NCBI GenBank assembly: GCA_040225955.1
Contig: JBECUL010000014.1
Span: forward strand, 1-44,509
Length of the DNA stretch: 44,509 bases
Source of the DNA: Candidatus Asgardarchaeum abyssi
GTDB taxonomy: Archaea > Asgardarchaeota > Asgardarchaeia > Asgardarchaeales > Asgardarchaeaceae
Direction: 5' to 3'
Position 1 is the first letter of the stretch, and each line of letters starts with the position of its first letter. Both the position numbers and the translations under genes were made by a program. The notes beneath the pieces are model-generated. The model did not search any database, was not told where the DNA came from, and saw only the letters and a list, made by a program, of their open reading frames with translations. Shown piece by piece: positions 18,027 through 28,542 of this stretch.

Positions 18027-18854
18027 TCAATCTTTCGAGGTTGTAAATATATCATCGAAAGAGTTTATAGTAAAATCAGGACGTTCATTGTCATCAAGTT
18101 TATCTAATATCTCCTTGCCATATCTTCCTCTATTTATCAACATTGTGTGTATTCCAGCTTTCTTTCCTCCTTTTATATCGGTTTCCAGCTTATCACCAAT
18201 TATTATAACTTTACTCCTATCGACTTGATATGATGAAAGAATTATATCAAATATTATTTTATGAGGTTTGCCTATCATGATTGGTTTAATGGATGTTGCT
18301 TTGCTGAGCATATAAACAAAAGCTTCTTCGCCTAAGAATTTTCCTTTTTCACCTAAATATGTCCCCTCTACTATGAATCCTCCTCCAACACCAATAAGTT
18401 TAGCCCCCTCTAACAGCATTCTAGCAGCAAAATTAAGTTTCTGATATGTTAGCCCTCTATCCATAGCAACCACGACAAAGTCAACAGGAGGATTGCTAAC
18501 AATATTTAATCCAGCTCTTAAGAAGTCTTCTAAGACACCACCTTCGGAAATTAAATATATTCGAGCATTCTCATAACCATTCTCCTTGAAGTACAGTGTT
18601 GCAAGTCTTCCAGCAGAAAAAATGTTCTCTGGTGTTACTGGAAATCCTAATTTCTTTAGATTTTCATAGATATATCTATGGGATTTTCGACCTATATTTG
18701 ACAAGCAAACGAATTGTTTTTTCTCATTCTTAAGATATGTCATGAACTTGTAGGCATCTTCAAATCTTTTTGGGTTATCTATGTCATCTACTAATACTCC
18801 TTCTACATCAAAAATAAATAAGTCGTAGTCGTTAATATCAAAATTAATTGCCAT
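18027..18854 (-). CDS. HAD-IIA (NagD-like) hydrolase
   Basis: FDVEGVL, LSN, IGKP and IGDKLETDIKGG. GGTGAT RBS before ATG 18854 (ORF opens at 18902). Confidence 0.9.
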   Translation of the reverse strand: MAINFDINDYDLFIFDVEGVLVDDIDNPKRFEDAYKFMTYLKNEKKQFVCLSNIGRKSHRYIYENLKKLGFPVTPENIFSAGRLATLYFKENGYENARIYLISEGGVLEDFLRAGLNIVSNPPVDFVVVAMDRGLTYQKLNFAARMLLEGAKLIGVGGGFIVEGTYLGEKGKFLGEEAFVYMLSKATSIKPIMIGKPHKIIFDIILSSYQVDRSKVIIIGDKLETDIKGGKKAGIHTMLINRGRYGKEILDKLDDNERPDFTINSFDDIFTTSKD

Positions 18855-19156
18855 ATCATAGATCACCATCTTTTTGGAAATCGGTTTCAATAGTTCTTCC
18901 AAAGCATTTTAAACTTTTCTTTCTTTAATTTTTATAGTTTAGACTTTTTTGGTATTTTTAAAGCTTTATTTGAAAGTTAATTTTGTATTTTTTTGTGTTT
19001 TCCGATTTTCACGTCGGAAGCGAAACATAATTCTCATTATGTTGTTATTGCAAATCGAATATACTTAAACTTTAGAAAAATATTCCTAAAGTATTATGTG
19101 TGGAGCTGATATCATGATCTTGGTAAACCGCTTATGGAGCGAGCTTCTATCACTAT

Positions 19157-20119
19157 TTAATCTGGATAGAATGGTGGTGTTATTTCAATTTTATTCAGTT
19201 CTCTAGGTCCCACATATATTAGAAAACCATCGGAGTATGCACTCAAATAAACACTAACTCTTAAGTAGTATAATGTCGGATATTCAACAACAAATACTGG
19301 TTTATTATCGTCAAGTAATTTCTTTAAAAATGGGCGCATCGACTCCGTGTAGTTTGCTGGACGAGGTTGATCACCTAGACAATACAAATCCTCTACAACA
19401 ATCCCTGAGATTGCTTTTGAAAGTGTATCATTTTCTAGGAGTTCCACTCCATTTTGGATTAGCACTATAAAATTTGGACTTTTGTTTTTTGCATAATCAA
19501 TTATTGATAGCACGAAGTTAATCATAAGAATGCTTGCGTTTTCAACCTCATCTTCAAAGTATTCATATTCATCTACCTTGTCTAGCATAACTCCATCAAA
19601 GCCAGCGTTAATTATCTTATCTAAATAACTATCTTCTGAACCAAAGATTATTTTTTGCCATTCCGGGTTCCAATATTCAACTGCATAGTTACCTTCCCAT
19701 TCTGGATTTTCTTCTCTTAGCCATTCTGGTGCATCATCATCTGGAATTCCATCATTATCGGAGTCCCAACTAGAATTCCAGTAGTATCTGTAACTCTCTG
19801 CTTCGCCTATAGAAAGGTATGCTAAAACTATTCTTCCTCCGGGTTTGCTTTCTTTTAGCATAATCTCTTCTCTTGTGAAAGCATTTTCATCCGTTCCATC
19901 TTTAGAGTAATCCATAATAATAAGGTCAAATGCGGTGTTCTTAATTCTTGATATGTCTGGATTATTTAGCCAATAGGCAAAATCATTAATTTTAATACCA
20001 TTAAGCACGTACGAGGGTCTATTTAAATGACGTATATCAATGTATCCAAATGAAACTAAAACTAGTAATATAATAACTGCAACGGAAAATACGAGTATCC
20101 TTCTTCGTTTTAAAAACAT
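19157..20119 (-). CDS. MJ1477/TM1410-family putative glycoside hydrolase (GH114-like), membrane-anchored
   Basis: AYLSIGEAESYRYYW, ENPEWEGNY.V.YW..EWQ, GFDGVMLDKVD and QNG, plus an N-terminal TM/signal. Confidence 0.88.
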   Translation of the reverse strand: MFLKRRRILVFSVAVIILLVLVSFGYIDIRHLNRPSYVLNGIKINDFAYWLNNPDISRIKNTAFDLIIMDYSKDGTDENAFTREEIMLKESKPGGRIVLAYLSIGEAESYRYYWNSSWDSDNDGIPDDDAPEWLREENPEWEGNYAVEYWNPEWQKIIFGSEDSYLDKIINAGFDGVMLDKVDEYEYFEDEVENASILMINFVLSIIDYAKNKSPNFIVLIQNGVELLENDTLSKAISGIVVEDLYCLGDQPRPANYTESMRPFLKKLLDDNKPVFVVEYPTLYYLRVSVYLSAYSDGFLIYVGPRELNKIEITPPFYPD

Positions 20120-20305
20120 CTATCATCCCTAAGACATTTTTCTAATCAAGGTTATATACTTTGCATTTGTTGTCATTCTATACTTGCAATTTTCTAATTT
20201 TACGAGTAAATTAAGCCTTTTTCTTCTTTAATTGAAAACGTAATCTTTTAATAATCAAGAATAAATGATTACATGGCTTTTCTATAGTGATAAACAAATG
20301 GGGGA

Positions 20306-21034
20306 ATGGCTATGGTCACCATATTAGGCGTGAATGGGTCTCCCAGAAAGTATGGAAATGTTTCGTTTCTTCTGAATCTAGCCCTAAAGGGTGCTGAGAT
20401 GGAGGGCGCAAAAGTAAGAATCATTCACTTATATGATTATGATATAAAACCATGTTTAGGTTGCTTATCTGACGATCAATATGCATGCAGATATCCTTGT
20501 GTTATCGAAGATGATATGCGTAAGCTATATGAAATGGTCCTAGAGAGCAATGGAATAATTTTTGCTACACCAATTTATTGGTACGCACCGAGCGGTGTCA
20601 TGAAAAACTTTATTGATCGTTTAACTGTTTTCGAAAATATGTTATACATTGATGGTACATGCTGGACTGAGGGTAAAGTAGCTGGAATTATTGCTGTTGG
20701 CAATGATAGCGGTGGGGTGAACACATTTTCCACTTTAATGGCTACGTTAAATTCTATGGGTTTCATAATTCCACCATGGGCAACTGCTGTTTTTAATAAA
20801 ATGAGTGATATAACAAAAGAAAGAAATGTGCTGCTGGATGCGATAAATATAGGTCGTATTGTAACAATGATGTCTAAACGCGTTGAAGGATTGGAGCGTA
20901 AATGGTTTAAAGTCATTGGGGATCAAGAACTTGAAAATATGATAAATGACATAGCCTTAACCGTTAATAAGGAAAAGAATACGCAATGGCCTTCTAGAAA
21001 AAAGGAGATACTCAAGCTAAGAAAGCAACAGTAA
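20306..21034 (+). CDS. Iron-sulfur flavoprotein / NADPH-dependent FMN reductase family
   Basis: GSPRKYGN, CLGC…C…C..EDDM and ATPIYW…MKNFIDR. Confidence 0.9.
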   Translation: MAMVTILGVNGSPRKYGNVSFLLNLALKGAEMEGAKVRIIHLYDYDIKPCLGCLSDDQYACRYPCVIEDDMRKLYEMVLESNGIIFATPIYWYAPSGVMKNFIDRLTVFENMLYIDGTCWTEGKVAGIIAVGNDSGGVNTFSTLMATLNSMGFIIPPWATAVFNKMSDITKERNVLLDAINIGRIVTMMSKRVEGLERKWFKVIGDQELENMINDIALTVNKEKNTQWPSRKKEILKLRKQQ

Positions 21035-21218
21035 CTTTTTTCTAAATAAATCTCTAATTTTATGTCTATCTATTTCTTTCAATAAGTGAATATGGATGCA
21101 AAATGGATTTTATTAGAAAAGTATAATTTATCTTACAATACTTGTATAGAAAATTTTCCAAAAAAGCTTATAATTTTCTATTTCTCATATGAGTATAGTT
21201 ATATAAAAGAAGCAGAAG

Positions 21219-21959
21219 GTGTTTACGTTGGATTATGTACCAGTTATTATCACTTTAATTGTTCTTGCGTTTTTGCCTTGGCTACTATTTTTCGTATATT
21301 ATTCAAAATTGAAAGGAGAGCACCTTAAATTATTTGTAATTGCTGGAGCTGGCTGGCTAGTGGCTCTTATATTAAGATTACCTATACTCTATGGTACTAG
21401 TTTCATCTTAGATTTGCTGATGTATTATGTCATGTCAGCTATATTAGCAGGAGTATTTGAAGAAAGCTTCAGATACATTTTGGCTAAAAAACTTACCTTA
21501 GATGAAAGAACCAATGGCGAAATTTTAAGCTTTGGTATAGGCTGGGGTATATTTGAAGTCTGGGTTCTTCATACATCCAACTTGACTACATTACTAATTC
21601 TCATATTAATGAATATTTCAATTCCTGGAATGCCAGTAATCCCACCTCCAGAACAATTATTCATATCTGGGATGGCTGGTGTAGTTGAAAGATGGATTGC
21701 TGTATCATTTCATGTAATAGCTACTTTGGTGATTACCAAAGCCTTGTTAAATAAAAATTATCTTTGGATAGCAATAATCTTGCACTCAGTTTTAGACCTT
21801 ATAGCAGTCCTAAGTAGTTTCATTGAGTTAAACATTTGGCTGATTGAGTTAAATCTCTTAATTACAGTGATGTTGATCTACATCTTAATACATATTGGTT
21901 TCAAGCTAAACGTTATAGCTCTTTTCACAAAATTAGAAATTCCATTTAAAGAAGTATAA
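21219..21959 (+). CDS. YhfC-family intramembrane glutamic/metalloprotease
   Basis: AGVFEESFRY, GIGWGIFE, ER…..FH and AIILH..LD in a multi-TM protein. Confidence 0.85.
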   Translation: MFTLDYVPVIITLIVLAFLPWLLFFVYYSKLKGEHLKLFVIAGAGWLVALILRLPILYGTSFILDLLMYYVMSAILAGVFEESFRYILAKKLTLDERTNGEILSFGIGWGIFEVWVLHTSNLTTLLILILMNISIPGMPVIPPPEQLFISGMAGVVERWIAVSFHVIATLVITKALLNKNYLWIAIILHSVLDLIAVLSSFIELNIWLIELNLLITVMLIYILIHIGFKLNVIALFTKLEIPFKEV

Positions 21960-21990
21960 ATATAAAATAATTCTTATTTTTTATTACCCT

Positions 21991-22974
21991 ATGGTGATTA
22001 TAATGAGCGTGAAAGTAGCCGATTTGCATCACGATTTAATACGTAGGCTTCGAACACCAATCTTCTTGGGATCTTATAAGAAACTGCCAGAGAAGGATTT
22101 AATTAAATTATACTCATCAAATTTTCATATTGTATTAACTGCCATATTTACGCTAATGACCTATGATACTCAGTTTCGTGAGATTGCATTATTAGATCCT
22201 TTTCGTGAGGCTATAACACAAATAATCTATTACGATCACTTAATACGAAGAAACAGTAATCTCTTGAAAAAAATTCTTACATTTGATAATTATCTTGATG
22301 CCAAGAGTAGCGATACTGCTGGTTTTCTATATCATGTCGAAGGCATTTATGGCGTTGAAACACTAAGCGATTTTGAAGCACTTTATAATTTGGGTATGCG
22401 TTCTTTTTCACTAACATGGAATCTTGGAAATTCATTTGGCAGCGGTTGTAAAGATAAAAAAGATATAGGCCTAACTAGCAGAGGTGAAGAAATAATCAAT
22501 TTTGCACTAGGACATAGTATTCTTATAGATTTGGCTCATCTTAGTACAAAAACGGCTTTAGATGTCCTCGAAATTGCAGATAGAAATGTTTTCATCAGTC
22601 ATACTGGATTAAGGCCATTAACCAATATAAGTAGAAATGCTGATGAAAAAGTAATTGAAGGCGTTGTGGACCGAAAAGGGGTAATCGGTATAATCTTCCA
22701 TAAAGGTATGCTAAAAGTTAATGATTGTAAGCCACTAGATTGTTTCCTTAAACACATGGATTATATCATTGAAAATTATGGAATTGACTATGTAGCTATA
22801 GGAAGTGACTTATACGGAATTATGCCAGAGGACTCAATATATTTCAAATCTGGCGAAGTTGATGATGTTGGAGCAGTAATATCTCTCTTAAGTGAAAGAT
22901 ATAGTAAGACCGAAATTGAAAAAATCGCATATCTTAATTTTGAGAATTTTCTTAAGAGGTCGTTGAGTAAATAA
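21991..22974 (+). CDS. Membrane dipeptidase family (peptidase M19)
   Basis: DLHHD, HVEG, LTWN..N.FG.G, IDLAH, SHTG, RN and IGSD. Start may be 22003. Confidence 0.88.
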   Translation: MVIIMSVKVADLHHDLIRRLRTPIFLGSYKKLPEKDLIKLYSSNFHIVLTAIFTLMTYDTQFREIALLDPFREAITQIIYYDHLIRRNSNLLKKILTFDNYLDAKSSDTAGFLYHVEGIYGVETLSDFEALYNLGMRSFSLTWNLGNSFGSGCKDKKDIGLTSRGEEIINFALGHSILIDLAHLSTKTALDVLEIADRNVFISHTGLRPLTNISRNADEKVIEGVVDRKGVIGIIFHKGMLKVNDCKPLDCFLKHMDYIIENYGIDYVAIGSDLYGIMPEDSIYFKSGEVDDVGAVISLLSERYSKTEIEKIAYLNFENFLKRSLSK

Positions 22975-22990
22975 AATAAGAAATTAAGAG

Positions 22991-23653
22991 TTACCTTTTC
23001 TTTTTTCTTTTTCTTCTTTGACTAAGATCAATTTCATGCCATCTATGCTTTTTCGACAAATACCACGTATAAAAGTTGATAGCTATTGATATTATTGATG
23101 CAAGGCTTAATATTATCATATCTATAGTTCCATATACTCCTACTTCTGTGAGTTCTTCCGTCTTGTGTCTATAAAGAAGTAGAAAGCCTCCTTCTGCAAC
23201 CTTATGTATGATACCTATTGCAGTTATATTCCCGTAATGTTGATCTCCAAGAATTAACTCCCCAACAAGAATGACTCTGTCTCCGATTTCTGGATTAAGG
23301 AATCCCCTACCTAGGAAATCAATGTTATATATCACAACCAAACTAGTATTTCCATCACTAATTACGAATCTTTCATGTCTTACACCTGAAAGATCTGGGC
23401 TGGCTATGTAGATAACCTCTCCTTTCACAGAAATAATTTTATTATTCAACGTGTAATTATTTGCTTCGGTAACTGTAAGAAAATCCTCACTATTATATAT
23501 TTTATCAAAATTTTCAGGTGAAATCTTATACGTTGTTGGAGAAACAATAATATAAGCAGCGGTTAACATTATGATAATACCAATGATGAGTGCAAATGTT
23601 TTCATCGCAACGGACTTTTTCATTCCCTTACTCTCCTTTGTTTCGATTTTCAT
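22991..23653 (-). CDS. Membrane protein with extracytoplasmic OB-fold
   Basis: Two TM helices flank ISVKGEV…FVISDG…PEIGDRVILVG; basic C-terminal tail. Confidence 0.6.
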   Translation of the reverse strand: MKIETKESKGMKKSVAMKTFALIIGIIIMLTAAYIIVSPTTYKISPENFDKIYNSEDFLTVTEANNYTLNNKIISVKGEVIYIASPDLSGVRHERFVISDGNTSLVVIYNIDFLGRGFLNPEIGDRVILVGELILGDQHYGNITAIGIIHKVAEGGFLLLYRHKTEELTEVGVYGTIDMIILSLASIISIAINFYTWYLSKKHRWHEIDLSQRRKRKKKR

Positions 23654-23761
23654 TATGATCTCTATTTATTTTTCCTTTGAGATTTATATACTTTAAAATA
23701 GAGAAATATCATGCTAATATTTCCATTTATGAAGTAAATTAAATTGTTAGGAGGAAGTCTT

Positions 23762-24166
23762 ATGGTTGTTTTCAGTAAGAAAATCAAATTTAACACAAAA
23801 GGAGAGTTAGACATCGTAGATATTACTCATATGGTAGAAAAAGTGGTTGATGAGTCAAAAATTAAAAATGGAATCGTTGTTGTTTTTGTTCCAGGTGCAA
23901 CTGGGGCCATTACGACAATAGAATATGAGCCGAATCTCTTGCAGGATTTTAGAGATGCATTAGAAGAGATAGTTCCCTCAACAAAACATTATAGACATCC
24001 CATAAATGGGCGTAGTCATATTAGAGCATCTCTAATAGGACCAAGCGTGTCATTTCCAATTTCTGATGGCCAAGTAATTTTAGGAACTTGGCAACAAATA
24101 GTTTTCTTAGAACTTGATACCAGACCAAGGTCAAGGACTATAATCGTACAAGTAGTAGGGGAATAA
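23762..24166 (+). CDS. yjbQ: YjbQ/UPF0047 family protein
   Basis: DIT..V, NGRSHIRASLIG and LGTWQQIVFLELD.RPR. GGAGG RBS before ATG 23762. Confidence 0.9.
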   Translation: MVVFSKKIKFNTKGELDIVDITHMVEKVVDESKIKNGIVVVFVPGATGAITTIEYEPNLLQDFRDALEEIVPSTKHYRHPINGRSHIRASLIGPSVSFPISDGQVILGTWQQIVFLELDTRPRSRTIIVQVVGE

Positions 24167-24190
24167 TAAAAATAAATAGAAAAACGGAGA

Positions 24191-26008
24191 TTATTTGACA
24201 GTAACACTTTTTGCAAGCGCTCTAGGCCTATCTGGATCGTATCCTCTTAATTTAGTTGTATATACTGCAAGAAGTTGCAGAGGAACTATATATACGATTG
24301 GAGAGAATAGGGGATTGACATCGGGTACCTTGATTATATAGTCCGATTTCTCTTCTAACTCTTTTGTAACATAAGAAGCTACCGAGATTACTTTACCCCC
24401 TCTACTCTTGCATTCTTGTATGTTACCTAGTATATCCTCATATGTCTTATCATTTTGAACGATTGCTACAACAAACATATCATTATCTATCAGGGATATG
24501 CTACCGTGCTTTAATTCGCCTGCACCATCAAAGCTCATTGAGAAACCATATGTTATCTCTCTTAACTTTAATGAGCCTTCCTTAGCGGTTGGAACGCCAA
24601 TTCCACGTCCTATGTAAAATGACTTATCATAAGTATAAATTTCCCTAGCTATCTGGTGAACAAGACCTGCTGTTTTATCTATTGTTTTCTTAACTATATC
24701 TGGGATCTTTTCAAATTCTTTTATTAATTTCTCTAATTCTTCTCTAGGAATCGTATTTTTGATTTTTGCTATCTCAAAAGCAATCTGATAAATTATTGAT
24801 AACTGATTCAGATAGGACTTTGTTGCACAAACAGCAATTTCTGGACCTGCATTTATGTATATTGTGTAATCACATTCTCTTGCTATTGAACTCCCTACTA
24901 CATTTACGATACCTATAGAAATACCATTATATCTCTTAGTATATCTTAATGCTGTTAAAGTGTCTGCAGTCTCTCCGCTTTGACTAATAAAAACGACAGC
25001 AGTTTTATCATCTATTATAGCATAATTATCAAACTCGCTTGAAATTATAGGAATTGCCGCTATTCCGCCAAATTCTTTTAGCAAGTATTGCATAACTAAT
25101 CCAGCATGATACGATGTTCCACTTGCTGTAACATATACCCTATTAGCCTTAATGAGTATTTCTGCAACTTTTCTAATCATTTCCTTGTCTGCATAAAATG
25201 ATTCTCTTAATGCAACTGGTTGCTCATAGATTTCCTTCTCCATAAAGCTATCAAACGCACCTTTCTTAGCCATTTCATAAGTCCATGGAACCTCTTGCGG
25301 CTGGGCTTCTACTATTTTCATTGTTCTCCAATCCTTAATGACATAAGAGTCACGAGTAACAACAACATACCAATAATCATCCAATGGAATTATCTTATTC
25401 GTATATTCCAAAAATGAGACAACATCACTTGCTAAAAAGAAGGCATCTTCTCCTATTCCCAAAATAAGAGGACTCTCTTTTCTAAAACCTAGTAACATAT
25501 CGGGGTAATCTTCACTACCAATAACTAAGGCAAATGAACCTTTCAATTTTCTTATTGCATTAACTGCTGCCAATTCAAAATCTTTTACCTTTTTTAATTC
25601 TTCCTCAATTAGGTGTGCCACAACTTCCGTATCTGTCTCACTTCTGAAAGTGTGCCCCCTTTTTTCAAGCCTCTCTCTAAGCTCTCTATGATTAATAATA
25701 ATTCCATTATGAACAACAGCAATCTTTCCTTTGCAATCCAAGTGAGGATGAGCATTTGTAGTAGTAACTCCTCCGTGGGTTGCCCACCTAGTGTGTGCAA
25801 ACCCAATATCCCCACTAAGCGGAAAGGTCTCCAGTCTTAAGTCTTTAGTAACCGCACCCACTCTCTTTAAAACTTTCAATTTTGGGTTAATCGATGCAAA
25901 TCCGTAACTATCATATCCGCGATACTCTAATCTTTTTAAGCACTCATAAACCATTGGCATTATATTTTTTCCTTGATGCTTTGATACTATGCCGATAATG
26001 CCACACAT
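24191..26008 (-). CDS. glmS: Glutamine--fructose-6-phosphate aminotransferase (isomerizing)
   Basis: MCGIIG start at 26008, LEYRGYDS, HTRWATHG, SQSGETADT, ELKHG and PRALAKSVTV. Confidence 0.96.
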   Translation of the reverse strand: MCGIIGIVSKHQGKNIMPMVYECLKRLEYRGYDSYGFASINPKLKVLKRVGAVTKDLRLETFPLSGDIGFAHTRWATHGGVTTTNAHPHLDCKGKIAVVHNGIIINHRELRERLEKRGHTFRSETDTEVVAHLIEEELKKVKDFELAAVNAIRKLKGSFALVIGSEDYPDMLLGFRKESPLILGIGEDAFFLASDVVSFLEYTNKIIPLDDYWYVVVTRDSYVIKDWRTMKIVEAQPQEVPWTYEMAKKGAFDSFMEKEIYEQPVALRESFYADKEMIRKVAEILIKANRVYVTASGTSYHAGLVMQYLLKEFGGIAAIPIISSEFDNYAIIDDKTAVVFISQSGETADTLTALRYTKRYNGISIGIVNVVGSSIARECDYTIYINAGPEIAVCATKSYLNQLSIIYQIAFEIAKIKNTIPREELEKLIKEFEKIPDIVKKTIDKTAGLVHQIAREIYTYDKSFYIGRGIGVPTAKEGSLKLREITYGFSMSFDGAGELKHGSISLIDNDMFVVAIVQNDKTYEDILGNIQECKSRGGKVISVASYVTKELEEKSDYIIKVPDVNPLFSPIVYIVPLQLLAVYTTKLRGYDPDRPRALAKSVTVK

Positions 26009-26187
26009 CGAAATCCCTCTCAAGAATGAGATTATGAAAATTTTAATGCCTAAATTAATATATGTTGCTCAAACTTTCTTATAAATGGTAAAACTCTTTT
26101 TTGTACGGTTTATATATGTTTTGGAGAAATCTGTCAAAAAATTTTTTATCCTAGTAAAATAAACTTTTTATTAGTTGGTGCAGAAAA

Positions 26188-27126
26188 ATGGAGTTTTTCA
26201 TTAGAATGAATGGAAAAATAAAAAAGGTAGATATTCTCTACACGGAGAAATTAGATATATTAAAGGCACTAATTCATCCAATTAGACTAAAAATATTAAA
26301 CGCATTGCTTATAAAGCCAAATTATCCAAAAGCTTTAGCTAAAGAGTTGAATATACAACCACAAAAACTCCTTTATCATTTTAAAAAACTCGAAGAACTG
26401 GGTCTTGTTGAGAAGATCAAAGAAGAGAGAATTTCTGGTTCTGTTGCCAGATTCTATAAGGTCTCACCTAAACTTTTTGTTTTTAATTTTTTAGGTGACT
26501 CAATTTTTGAAACTGCGATAGAGATTCCAATAAATACCCCAATCATAAGTGGATGGGTGGCTCATTTTGTGCAGGATAGTAAACTTAATGCAAAAATAGT
26601 TGTTGGAAGTCCTGATCTTCATGGTCCATTTTCTGCAAGAGCTAGAGATGCTTGGAGTGCTGCTGAGCTTAGTTTATATTTAGGGAGGTTTATATCGGTG
26701 CTCGATAAAAACCCAATAGTACTAGATACTGCTGTTGACGCTGATATTATTAAAGAAAATTTAATTCTAATAGGCGGTCCAATTACAAATTCGATTACAT
26801 GGAAAGTAAATAGGTATCTACCGTTATATTTTGATATAGAATCTGGAAATACTATAGTTGATAAGGTAGAGATGAAAAGATACACTGATGATAACCTTGG
26901 AATTGTTGCTCTGATAGATAATCCATTTGTTGAGGAAGAAAAAAGGAAAATTCTAGTTTGTGCGGGAAAGAAAATAGCTGGAACAAGAGCTGCAATTCTC
27001 TCTCTAATCCGATATGAAGAACGGTTTCCGCATAATAGTAATTTTGCATTCCTTGTAGAAGGTATTGATAAAGACAGTGACGGAATAATAGATGACGTAA
27101 CTTTTGTGAAAGAATTAAGGCTGTAA
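26188..27126 (+). CDS. ArsR-type wHTH regulator with C-terminal alpha/beta domain
   Basis: LKALIHPIRLKIL…LAKEL…LYHFKKLEELGLV, then VVGSPD.HGP and NLILIGGPITN. Divergent from glmS. Confidence 0.8.
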   Translation: MEFFIRMNGKIKKVDILYTEKLDILKALIHPIRLKILNALLIKPNYPKALAKELNIQPQKLLYHFKKLEELGLVEKIKEERISGSVARFYKVSPKLFVFNFLGDSIFETAIEIPINTPIISGWVAHFVQDSKLNAKIVVGSPDLHGPFSARARDAWSAAELSLYLGRFISVLDKNPIVLDTAVDADIIKENLILIGGPITNSITWKVNRYLPLYFDIESGNTIVDKVEMKRYTDDNLGIVALIDNPFVEEEKRKILVCAGKKIAGTRAAILSLIRYEERFPHNSNFAFLVEGIDKDSDGIIDDVTFVKELRL

Positions 27127-27804
27127 AGTCATAACTATCATCGTAACTACCAGGAAAAGATTAAGAAAGGCATGTGAAATTATCGTATTTTCTAAGGTTC
27201 TAGTTTTTATATACAGAAGACCGAGGAGGTATCCCATTACAAGTGTAAAAGGCCACCCTAATAATATCCCAAAATACCAATGCCATAGCATAAATAAAAA
27301 TGCCTGAAACCTTATTACCCACTTAGAGGAATATCCTTGTTTTAACAAACTCTCGATCAAGGTAAATCTGAAATATAATTCCTCGACTATCGAATGTATG
27401 CCTATTGAAACTATTGTAGTAACTATAATCAACTCTATTGAAGGTTTAGCTATGCTTGTTTCTCCAATGAGAATAGTTTTCCGCATTGCTATATTTAACT
27501 CGGCTAGAAAATTGACTATAGAAAATGTTATAATGAGTGTAACGAATGATACCACTGCTATCAAAAATGCCATACTAACTTGCAAATCTTTTTTCTTAGT
27601 ACCTAAAGAAAGACCATTTCTTTTTATCGTGAAGATTGTTGTTATGAATAGAGACCCCTCAACTGAGGTAGTTCTAATTGATAATAGATAAATATCTGCA
27701 AAAATATTTTGATTAAAGGTTAAATGAACTATAAACATAAAAATCTGAGCTACTATGGACGGAAGAATTAAGTATCCAAAGCTCTGTATTTTCTTTTCGC
27801 TCAA
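27115..27804 (-). CDS. CPBP (Abi/CAAX type II) intramembrane protease
   Basis: EELYFR, F.LWH and SHAFLN motifs in a multi-TM protein. Confidence 0.88.
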   Translation of the reverse strand: MSEKKIQSFGYLILPSIVAQIFMFIVHLTFNQNIFADIYLLSIRTTSVEGSLFITTIFTIKRNGLSLGTKKKDLQVSMAFLIAVVSFVTLIITFSIVNFLAELNIAMRKTILIGETSIAKPSIELIIVTTIVSIGIHSIVEELYFRFTLIESLLKQGYSSKWVIRFQAFLFMLWHWYFGILLGWPFTLVMGYLLGLLYIKTRTLENTIISHAFLNLFLVVTMIVMTLQP

Positions 27805-27927
27805 TGTTATCAGCCTATTTAAATTATTTTCTTAAGGAAAAATTTAAGTTTTTATAGAAGCGGAATATTTAAATACATTTGTTCCCAATTTATACTTAGA
27901 TATGATATCTAAGTATAAATTTCAAAT

Positions 27928-28530
27928 ATGGTGATATCCATGGAGTCTGAAATTTATACAGAAAAAATAGAATTCATCGAGCTCTTAGGAAGGATACTAC
28001 TAAGGCCACGAGAAACCTTTTCATTACTTATAAATAAACCTTCACGATTCTTAATGTACGATGTTTTCTTGGTGTATCTCTTTTTTACATCCGTGAAAAT
28101 CTCAACATTAATTGTTGTGCTTGAAACAATTAATGGCTCTATTTTTCCTGGATTTCCCTCCAGTTTATCATTTATCAATCTTACATTGATATTATCATTA
28201 GTGGCTGTAGCGTCACTTTTCGCATCATCTTTTCTCTCACATTTTGTTGCTAAGGAAATATTCAAAGGAGTAGGGAACATGAACGAACTTCTGAATCTTT
28301 ATGGATATTCATCAATATCAAATGTAGTAGTTGTTGCCCTATCTTTAGTTGCAATTTTTCTACCAACTCCTATAAATATAGGCCTAATCGTAGTCTCCTA
28401 TATTATATATCTCCTCTGGAAAGCAATACTTTACATGATCTCAGTAGAAGAAGTCTATGGACTAGACGAATTTAAGGCATTCATATCCGGTGTCATAGTA
28501 CCATCATTTCTTCTAGTGTTTCTATTTTAA
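27928..28530 (+). CDS. Yip1-domain membrane protein
   Basis: ILLRPRETF, HFVAK.IFKG.G…LL…GYS and EVYGL..FKA; 5 TM helices. Start may be 27940. Confidence 0.8.
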   Translation: MVISMESEIYTEKIEFIELLGRILLRPRETFSLLINKPSRFLMYDVFLVYLFFTSVKISTLIVVLETINGSIFPGFPSSLSFINLTLILSLVAVASLFASSFLSHFVAKEIFKGVGNMNELLNLYGYSSISNVVVVALSLVAIFLPTPINIGLIVVSYIIYLLWKAILYMISVEEVYGLDEFKAFISGVIVPSFLLVFLF

Positions 28531-28542
28531 GGAGGAATTTGA

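Noticed and set aside
18903-19156. Possible small RNA (TTCCGA…TCGGAA hairpin, CTGA/ATGAT boxes) between the HAD and GH114 genes
   Set aside because: There is no complete, correctly ordered C/D box pair, and the hairpin is short enough to arise by chance.
24191-26008. GlmS as the missing amidotransferase of the Glt module
   Set aside because: It is a complete canonical GlmS with both SIS domains, located 13 kb away.
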